Shown here: positions 16,345-23,353 of the stretch, piece by piece
Layout: each line of letters starts with the position of its first letter
How positions within the stretch are numbered: position 1 is the stretch's first letter
Source: an uncultured bacterium
Lineage (GTDB): Bacteria > Omnitrophota > Omnitrophia > Omnitrophales > Aquincolibacteriaceae
Assembly (NCBI GenBank): GCA_964585045.1
Contig: CAZPCF010000002.1
Location: 1-34,079, forward strand
Direction of reading: 5' to 3'
Length of the DNA: 34,079 nt
Position numbers and translations under genes: made by a program
Notes under the pieces: generated by a model
The model's database searches: none
Told to the model about the DNA's origin: nothing
What the model saw: the letters and a program-made list of their open reading frames with translations, nothing else

Positions 16345-16833
16345 TCACGCAGCCACTTGGGCTTCGGCTTCTTCAGAATAATGCGCGATAATATCGCCGA
16401 TATCTTTTTTCTTCACACCGCCATAAACCTTCTCCCCGATCTTCAACACCGGCGCCAACCCGCAGCACCCCAAACAACGGACCATTTCCAAATGGAATTG
16501 GCCGTCCTTGGTCGTCTCTCCGGGTTTGACACAGAGGAGATGTTCCAACTCCGCCATAATTTCGGCACCCCCTTTAAGATAACAGGCCGTTCCCATACAA
16601 ACAGAGATCGTGTGTTTTCCCGGAGGGGTCAGGCGGAAAAAGTGATAGAACGTGATCACTTCATAGATCCGGGCAAGGGGCACATCCAGGATCTCGGAAA
16701 GTATGAGCGAAACTTCGCGCGGCACGTACCCGTAGCGGTTCTGGATCTCATGAAGGATCATGATGAGATTACCTTCTTTATCCTTCCATTTTTCGGTCAA
16801 GCTGACGATATTCGCCCGCATGGTTTCATCCAT
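16345..16833 (-). CDS. hndA: NuoE-like [2Fe-2S] subunit, HndA/HydC-type
   Basis: VCMGTACYLKG...RCLGCCGLAP is the NuoE CX4C...CX3C pattern. Confidence 0.85.
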   Translation of the reverse strand: MDETMRANIVSLTEKWKDKEGNLIMILHEIQNRYGYVPREVSLILSEILDVPLARIYEVITFYHFFRLTPPGKHTISVCMGTACYLKGGAEIMAELEHLLCVKPGETTKDGQFHLEMVRCLGCCGLAPVLKIGEKVYGGVKKKDIGDIIAHYSEEAEAQVAA

Positions 16834-16876
16834 GATGCCATCCCTTCATCTCTGCGTTTAAAACACCCCGGTCATT

Positions 16877-17260
16877 CTACTTCAAAATTTCCTCGATGGC
16901 TTTAAGAAGCTTTTCCGGTTTGACCGGCTTTTCCAATACTGTTTTGACGGGAAGCCAATGATCATCGGCTTCAAAACCGAAGGGGAGGTTGAATTCCTTC
17001 CGGATCCCGGTGACCATTACCACAGGAATATGGGATGTGACCTCATGGCTTTTCAGCTGCCGCGCCACATCAAAACCTTCTGTTTTCCGGGTCATCATCA
17101 CATCCAGCAAGATCAGGTCCGGTTTTTCGCCTTGCGCCTTTTCAAATCCGTCCGTTCCGTTGTAAGCCGTAGCTGTGGCATACCCCTTCGCCGCAAGCAT
17201 TGCCGCGACAGCATCTGAAAACTCCTTATCATCCTCGATGATCAATATCTTCTTGGCCAT
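16877..17260 (-). CDS. Stand-alone response-regulator receiver (REC-only) protein 2, a close paralogue of REC 1
   Basis: IIEDD, LILLDVMM, VVMVTG and LEKPVKP are present. By-eye alignment to 11862-12248 is roughly half identical, including the unusual WLPVK-x-VLEKPVKP C-terminus. Confidence 0.85.
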   Translation of the reverse strand: MAKKILIIEDDKEFSDAVAAMLAAKGYATATAYNGTDGFEKAQGEKPDLILLDVMMTRKTEGFDVARQLKSHEVTSHIPVVMVTGIRKEFNLPFGFEADDHWLPVKTVLEKPVKPEKLLKAIEEILK

Positions 17261-17315
17261 TCCATTCCTCCGTCAATGATCCCTGTTGTTTTGATAATCC
17301 TGCTGGAGCACAGCA

Positions 17316-17699
17316 CTAACCCACCCGACGGATCAACTCCAACAAGGTGGCCGGTTTCACGGGTTTGTCCAAAACCCCTTTGACATTGGTCCAGCTCTGG
17401 ATCATTTTACTTTCCTTGTCCGTCATCGTCACACGTTTAAAATATCCCGTCAGAAAGATCACGGGGATATGCTTCAGCTTCTCCTCCCGAAACATCCTGT
17501 CCGCAACTTCAAAGCCCAGCATTTGGTTTTGCATGAGAACATCCAAAAGAACCAGATCCGGGAGCGTTTCCTGAACCTTTGAAAAAACTGCCTGCCCCTG
17601 GGTTTCATGGTCCACTCGATACCCTTCCGCTTCCAGGACATTCTGGCAGGCCTCGATAAAATCCAAGTCATCATCGACCATGAGGATTCTTTTGATCAT
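17316..17699 (-). CDS. Stand-alone response-regulator receiver (REC-only) protein 3
   Basis: MVDDD, LVLLDVLM, VIFLTG and LDKPVKP are present. ATG 17699 has a GAGGAA SD. Confidence 0.8.
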   Translation of the reverse strand: MIKRILMVDDDLDFIEACQNVLEAEGYRVDHETQGQAVFSKVQETLPDLVLLDVLMQNQMLGFEVADRMFREEKLKHIPVIFLTGYFKRVTMTDKESKMIQSWTNVKGVLDKPVKPATLLELIRRVG

Positions 17700-17721
17700 C
17701 CGTCGTTCCTCTTTTGGGCCG

Positions 17722-18294
17722 CTAAGCGACGGCCGCAAGCTCCTTCTTTGTTGAGGATTTTTTTTTGCACTGGCCGGTGCATTTCCGATATTTTTTCAGA
17801 ACCCGGCCGACTTTTTCCGGCACCATACGGACATGCACGTCATCGTTGACCTGCATCACAGGCGAAAGGCCGCAACATCCGAGGCAACGGGTGATATCCA
17901 AACTGAACATCCCGTCTGCCGTAACATCACCCTCTTCGATCCCGAGCTCCTTTTTCATTTTCTCCAGGATCCGCGCTCCGCCCCCGACATAACAGGCCGT
18001 TCCTTTGCAAACGTGGATCTTGTTACGCGCCTTAGGTTTCAGGGAAAAATAATTATAAAAAGTTGCCATACCGTAAATGTGCGCCGTGGGAACATCCATT
18101 TTCTCTGAAACAAAATCCATGGCTTCGCGGGAGATGTGTCCAAAGAGTTCCTGGACTTTATGAAGAACACCCATCAGATGTCCTTTTTTGTCCGCTGTCG
18201 GAGGCTTTGCTCTGATGAATCTCTCAAGTTCCTTGAATTTTCCCTGCCATTCATTAGGGATCACTTTTTTTTGAGCGTGAACTTTCATTTTCAT
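17722..18294 (-). CDS. NuoE-like [2Fe-2S] subunit (HydC-type) of the second [FeFe]-hydrogenase, with a Cys-containing basic C-terminal tail
   Basis: VCKGTACYVGG...RCLGCCGLSP is present. The tail is ..KKYRKCTGQCKKKSS. Confidence 0.85.
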   Translation of the reverse strand: MKMKVHAQKKVIPNEWQGKFKELERFIRAKPPTADKKGHLMGVLHKVQELFGHISREAMDFVSEKMDVPTAHIYGMATFYNYFSLKPKARNKIHVCKGTACYVGGGARILEKMKKELGIEEGDVTADGMFSLDITRCLGCCGLSPVMQVNDDVHVRMVPEKVGRVLKKYRKCTGQCKKKSSTKKELAAVA

Positions 18295-18312
18295 CTTTCC
18301 TTTCTTCCCTCG

Positions 18313-20100
18313 TTACTGAAACAAATTGATGGCCTCTTTAACGTTCGTCGGAACCCCGCGCGGGTTTCGCGAATGGTAATGAGTATGAAGTAGTTTGTGC
18401 GACATGGGTCCCAGCGGCTTTTTGAGGAACTCTTCGTAGATCCTGGTAATGTCGGGATTCAAATGAGCTTTCCGGATCGTTTTCTTCTCGTCAATATTGT
18501 AGAGACCCTCCGCGCGTTTTTTGTAGACACTTGTATTCAAAGCTTCGGTGTCCCCCTGAGGATAAGGTTGCCCGCCGCCTCCCAGGCACCCTCCCGGACA
18601 GGCCATGATCTCAACGAAGTGGTATTGCCGCTTTCCCTCCTGGACCTCCGTCAGCAGTTTATGCACGTTGACAAGCCCGGAGGTGACCGCCACCCTCACA
18701 TCCAAACCGTCGACAGGGATCGTCGCTTCTTTGACGCCTTCCAAGCCCCGGACCTGTGTAAAATTGATATTGGGGAGCTCTTTGCCCGTGATCACTTCGT
18801 ACGCTGTCCGGAGCGCTGCTTCCATAACGCCTCCGGTCGCGCCAAAAATGGGTGCCGCGCCGCTCGATTCTCCCATTGGGGTATCGAATTCGGACTTTTT
18901 GAGGCTGTTGAATACGATCCCCGCCTCTTTGATCATTTTGATCAGTTCCCGGGTGGTCAGGACAGCATCCACATCCTGGAACCCGCTGGATCGCATCTCG
19001 GGTCGCACGGCCTCGAATTTCTTGGCGGTACAGGGCATGATACTTACGCTATAGATCTTTGCCGGGTCGATACCGGCTTTTTTCGCGTAATAAGTCTTGA
19101 TCAGCACCCCCATCATCTGCTGTGGGGACTTGCAAGTCGAGATATTCTCCAGAAATCCCGGGTGAAAAGTTTCGCAGAATTTGATCCATCCCGGCGAACA
19201 CGAGGTGATCATGGGAAATTTTCCGTTATTCTTCAAACGGTGGATGAATTCATTTCCCTCTTCAATGATCGTAAGGTCGGCCGAAAATTGCGTGTCAAAA
19301 ATAAAATCAAAGCCCAGCATGCGAAGGGCAGTCACTGTTTCGTAGGTCATGTCCTTGCCGGGTTCGTTCCCAAAACCTTCACCGATCGCCACACGGACAG
19401 CCGGGGCGATCTGAACCATCACGATCTTTTCGGGGTCATGAATGTTGCGCCATACTTCGTCCGTCATGTCACGTTCCACAAGCGCTCCGGTGGGACAAAC
19501 GTTCACGCATTGCCCGCAATTCGTGCAAACACTTTCGCCAAGCCCCATCCCGTAAGCGGGAACCACGTTGGTCTTGAATCCGCGATGAGAAAAAGTAAGG
19601 GCATTCGCTCCCTGGATCTCTGAACAAACACGCACGCATTTACCGCAAAGGATACATTTTTCAGAGTCGCGGACCACCGAAGGCGAGGTGTTGTCCACCG
19701 GAAAGATCTTTCGCTCTCCTTCAAAGGAAAATTCTTTGAGACCCATTTGCTCCGAAAGCTCCTGCAGGTCACAATCCCCGTTCTTGCCGCAGATCTGGCA
19801 ATCTTTGGGGTGGTTGCTTAATAAAAGCTCAAGAATGTGTTTGCGGGATTTGAGTACCCCCGCCGAATGCGACCGGACCACCATGCCATCCCTCACCTGT
19901 GTGGCGCAAGCGGGCGGATACGTCTTCATCCCGTCGACTTCTACGATACAGACCCGGCAGCCTCCAAAAGAACTCAACTTCGAGTGGTAACACAATCGGG
20001 GGATACGTATCCCGATCTGATCGGCCGCTTCCATAATGGTAGAGCCTTCTGGCACGGTCACCGGAATTCCGTCGATCACCACTTTTGCCTCTTTATTCAT
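18313..20100 (-). CDS. Second [FeFe]-hydrogenase catalytic subunit (M3-type plus small-subunit-like domain) with a non-canonical L1 motif
   Basis: Its Fe-S domain series matches hndD (HPKDCQICGKNGDC, CILCGKCVRVC, CTNCGQCVNVCP). Motif L2 is MPCTAKKFE and L3 is EIMACPGGCLGGGGQP, but L1 reads TSCSPGW instead of TSCCPxW. ATG 20100 overlaps the upstream stop as ATGA. Confidence 0.85.
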   Translation of the reverse strand: MNKEAKVVIDGIPVTVPEGSTIMEAADQIGIRIPRLCYHSKLSSFGGCRVCIVEVDGMKTYPPACATQVRDGMVVRSHSAGVLKSRKHILELLLSNHPKDCQICGKNGDCDLQELSEQMGLKEFSFEGERKIFPVDNTSPSVVRDSEKCILCGKCVRVCSEIQGANALTFSHRGFKTNVVPAYGMGLGESVCTNCGQCVNVCPTGALVERDMTDEVWRNIHDPEKIVMVQIAPAVRVAIGEGFGNEPGKDMTYETVTALRMLGFDFIFDTQFSADLTIIEEGNEFIHRLKNNGKFPMITSCSPGWIKFCETFHPGFLENISTCKSPQQMMGVLIKTYYAKKAGIDPAKIYSVSIMPCTAKKFEAVRPEMRSSGFQDVDAVLTTRELIKMIKEAGIVFNSLKKSEFDTPMGESSGAAPIFGATGGVMEAALRTAYEVITGKELPNINFTQVRGLEGVKEATIPVDGLDVRVAVTSGLVNVHKLLTEVQEGKRQYHFVEIMACPGGCLGGGGQPYPQGDTEALNTSVYKKRAEGLYNIDEKKTIRKAHLNPDITRIYEEFLKKPLGPMSHKLLHTHYHSRNPRGVPTNVKEAINLFQ

Positions 20101-23100
20101 GACTCCACCTCCACCATTTCTTTGCGGTCGCAGCGTAAACACCGGTCCGCCTCTTCACAAGCCTTTTTCTTGGAATAACACCGCTCCACTTCTTTAAAAG
20201 TCCGGATCCGTTGATGATCCGGTAATCGGGCCGGTTCCGGACGGAAGCGGACAGCCACCTCGGCAGTGGGCTCTACATAGGTTACTTCATGCCGTGTGCC
20301 ACGTATGACAAAGCGATCATGCGCCATATCTTCTCCTTTAAAATAACGATCGATGGAGACTGCCGCCCGCTCACCATCTGCGATCGCTTCCACGACCGTG
20401 GCGCCTCCTGTAACAGCATCCCCCCCGGCAAAGATCCCTGGAATATTCGTCGCCAAAGTCACCGGATCCACTTTCAAAGTGCCTGCTTTGGTCACTTCCA
20501 TGTTTAAATTTTTCGACCTGAACTCGGAAAGCTGCGGTTCGGCCCCGATCGCCATGATCACAACATCCGCGGAAAGGGACACCCTTTCCTCCGTCTGAAC
20601 CGCTTTCCTTCTCCCGCTAAGATCAAATTCTCCCGGCCGCATGCGCACACAATCCAGTTCGGAAACCCTGCCGTCTTTGCCTTTGATCGCTATCGGGTTC
20701 AACAGGAAATGGATCCGGACACCTTCCCGTTCTGCCTCCGCGATCTCTTCCGAAAAAGCCGGCATCGCGTCCTTAGTCCTCCGGTAGACAATATTGACTT
20801 CTTTGGCCCCGTAACGAAGCGCAGTACGGACTACATCGGTTGCCGCATTTCCTCCTCCGACCACCGCTACTTTTTTCCCGGTCAGGACCAGCGGCTCTTT
20901 CCCGGCCGCCATCGCATAAACACCTTTGACCTTTTTCACTTTTGAGGTCCTGCAATATTTTAAAAATATCAGGCTGTTCATGACCCCCGAAAGATCCATG
21001 CCTGGGATCGAAAGCCCTTTTTCCTGCCACGCACCCATCCCGAGAAAGGTCGCCTTGAAACCCTGTTTCTTCAGCTGCTCGAGAGAAATGTCCCGGCCGA
21101 TCCGGACGCCGGTTCTGATCTTCACCCCGGCTTTTTTAATACGCTCAATGTCCCGGTCCAGGATCTTATGCGGCAGCCGGTATTCCGGGATCCCGAGCGC
21201 CAGCATTCCTCCGACAACTTTTTCAGCTTCAAAAACAGTGACTGAGTATCCACGCTTTGCGAGATGATAAGCGCAGGAAAGTCCCGCAGGACCGCTTCCG
21301 ACCACCGCTACCTTTTCGGGACGCTTGGGACCTTCCCAGGTCTTTAGGGGAACGTTGTATTTGTCCGCGTAATCCGCCGCAAACTGCTTGAGCCTCATGA
21401 TCGCGACCGATTCGTCCAATTTCCCGCGACGGCAATTCGCCTCACAGGGATGATGACACACACGGCCACAGACAGAAGGAAGCGGATTACGTTCCAGGAT
21501 CTTTGCCAAACTCTCCCGGATCTTTCCCTGGCGGATCAATCCCACATAGAGTGGGATATCAACATTCACGGGACACGCGTGTTGACAAGAAGCCACGAAT
21601 AATTCACCGCAGACGACCGCAGGACACCGCTTTTCCTTGATATGAGCTTCATACTCACTGCGAAAAAAACGGATCGTTGACAGGACCGGATTCGGAGCTG
21701 TCTGACCCAAACCGCAAAGAGACGTCTTTTTGATCGTATCGCCCAGATCCTGAAGCCGTTCGATATCCCCCGCTTGGCCCTTACCCGCCGTGATCCGGTT
21801 GAGGATCTCAAGCATCCGCTTTGTTCCCTCGCGGCAAGGAGTACATTTTCCGCAAGACTCATCCTGCGTGAATTCAAGAAAGAACCGTGCCACATCCACC
21901 ATGCAATCGGTCTCATCCATCACAATAAGTCCGCCGGAACCCATGATAGAGCCCGCTTCAACCAAAGACTCGTAGTCGACGGGTGTATTCAAATACTGCA
22001 CCGGCAAACAACCGCCGGACGGACCGCCCGTTTGCGCTACTTTGAATCTTTTATCGTCTTTGATCCCCCCGCCGATGTCAAAAATGATCTCTCCCAAAGT
22101 CGTTCCCATAGGTACTTCCACAAGCCCCGTATTCCTGACCTTACCCGCCAAAGCAAAAACCTTTGTTCCTTTGCTTTTCTCAGTCCCGATGGAAGCAAAA
22201 AATTGATACCCGTCCAAAATGATCACAGGAATATTCGCCCACGTTTCGACGTTATTGATCAAAGTGGGCTTCCCCCACAATCCCCTGACGGGCGGATACG
22301 GCGGACGGATCCGAGGCATCCCGCGTTCCCCTTGGATCGAATGGATCAAGGCTGTTTCTTCGCCGCACACAAATGCTCCGGCACCCAACACGATCTCAAT
22401 ATCAAAACAGAAGGAGGTACCAAAAATATTTTTTCCTAAAAGATTATGTTGTCTCGCCTGCCTGATAGCCCCCTTGAGACGTTCGACCGCCAAGGGATAT
22501 TCCGCGCGTATGTAAACGATCCCCTTGCGGGCACCGACGGCAAAACCTCCTATCGTCATAGCCTCGATCACCGAGAAGGGATCCCCCTCGATGGTGCTCC
22601 GGTCCATAAAGGCACCGGGATCCCCTTCATCAGCATTGCAAATAACGTATTTTTCGTCCGCTTGCTGGTCGGCCACATATTTCCACTTGGTCCCCGTTGG
22701 GAAACCGCCCCCTCCGCGTCCCCGCAGCCCGGATTTTGACACTTCGTCGATAACCCGTTCGGGAGAATACTCCGCCAGGACCTTTGCCAAAGCTTCGTAG
22801 CCACGCACACACAAATAATCCTGCAAAGATTCCGGATCGATCACGCCGCAATTCCTGAGTACGATCCTTTTCTGCTTGGTAAAGTAATCGATATCTCCGA
22901 ATATAAAACGTGACTTATCGGTAAGGCAATCCTCGCTCGCGGAATAGTGCTCCCCGTTGGGATGTTTCAGGGGTTTGTTCTTGACCAAATGGTTTAGGAC
23001 TATTTTTTTGGCCAACTTGATATCGACGTTCTCGTATTTGAAGGGAGGCCGCCCTACTTGAAAAACCTCAACGGTCGGCTCCAAATGACAACGCCCCACG

Positions 23101-23306
23101 CATCCCTTTTGCCCGATATGAACGTCCCGGATCTTTCTCCGGGCGATCTCACGCCTGAAAGTTTCCATAACGATCTTGGAGCCGGCTGCGATCTCGCAGG
23201 TCGACATTCCGATGTTGATACGGGTCGACGCGGTCCACTTTTCAATATTTTCGTGAATGGCCTTTTGTTTGATCTTTTTTAGCAATGACCTCGCATCCCC
23301 TGACAT
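20097..23306 (-). CDS. Tripartite fusion of a Trx-like [2Fe-2S] domain, a NuoF-like FMN/NADH module (HydB-type) and a GltD/NfnB-like FAD/NADPH oxidoreductase module (1069 aa)
   Basis: Residues about 1-110 carry MSTCEIAAGS...KGCVGRCHLEP. Residues about 150-590 carry GLRGRGGGGFPTGTKW, ESCGKCTPCREG and LCGLGQTAPNP. Residues about 600-1000 carry CGRVCHHPCEANC, VAVVGSGPAGLSCA, VAVVGGGNAATD and IFAGGDAVTG. The C-terminal tail is ..CEEADRCLRCD. Confidence 0.85.
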   Translation of the reverse strand: MSGDARSLLKKIKQKAIHENIEKWTASTRINIGMSTCEIAAGSKIVMETFRREIARRKIRDVHIGQKGCVGRCHLEPTVEVFQVGRPPFKYENVDIKLAKKIVLNHLVKNKPLKHPNGEHYSASEDCLTDKSRFIFGDIDYFTKQKRIVLRNCGVIDPESLQDYLCVRGYEALAKVLAEYSPERVIDEVSKSGLRGRGGGGFPTGTKWKYVADQQADEKYVICNADEGDPGAFMDRSTIEGDPFSVIEAMTIGGFAVGARKGIVYIRAEYPLAVERLKGAIRQARQHNLLGKNIFGTSFCFDIEIVLGAGAFVCGEETALIHSIQGERGMPRIRPPYPPVRGLWGKPTLINNVETWANIPVIILDGYQFFASIGTEKSKGTKVFALAGKVRNTGLVEVPMGTTLGEIIFDIGGGIKDDKRFKVAQTGGPSGGCLPVQYLNTPVDYESLVEAGSIMGSGGLIVMDETDCMVDVARFFLEFTQDESCGKCTPCREGTKRMLEILNRITAGKGQAGDIERLQDLGDTIKKTSLCGLGQTAPNPVLSTIRFFRSEYEAHIKEKRCPAVVCGELFVASCQHACPVNVDIPLYVGLIRQGKIRESLAKILERNPLPSVCGRVCHHPCEANCRRGKLDESVAIMRLKQFAADYADKYNVPLKTWEGPKRPEKVAVVGSGPAGLSCAYHLAKRGYSVTVFEAEKVVGGMLALGIPEYRLPHKILDRDIERIKKAGVKIRTGVRIGRDISLEQLKKQGFKATFLGMGAWQEKGLSIPGMDLSGVMNSLIFLKYCRTSKVKKVKGVYAMAAGKEPLVLTGKKVAVVGGGNAATDVVRTALRYGAKEVNIVYRRTKDAMPAFSEEIAEAEREGVRIHFLLNPIAIKGKDGRVSELDCVRMRPGEFDLSGRRKAVQTEERVSLSADVVIMAIGAEPQLSEFRSKNLNMEVTKAGTLKVDPVTLATNIPGIFAGGDAVTGGATVVEAIADGERAAVSIDRYFKGEDMAHDRFVIRGTRHEVTYVEPTAEVAVRFRPEPARLPDHQRIRTFKEVERCYSKKKACEEADRCLRCDRKEMVEVES

Positions 23307-23353
23307 CTTTTCCTCCGACTTTTTCTCAGATCTTTAGGCTTAAAAATGAAATT

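Noticed and set aside
15256-16905. 549-aa plus-strand ORF, together with similar long plus-strand ORFs at 5220-5942, 13993-14928, 18397-19623, 21774-22439, 24080-24625, 25116-25763, 28887-30038, 29770-30735 and 31793-32641
   Set aside because: All of them lie antisense to minus-strand genes with unmistakable catalytic motifs. Their translations are low-complexity and rich in R/P/H/D/F, they carry no recognisable motifs, and they have no SD. They are typical shadow ORFs produced by codon bias on the opposite strand.
12349-20100. Either HydA being a HydS-type sensory hydrogenase (group C/D)
   Set aside because: Neither protein has a C-terminal PAS or other signalling domain. Both have the small-subunit-like C-terminal domain and the M3 Fe-S domain set of multimeric catalytic enzymes, and the proton-relay Cys position is retained in both.
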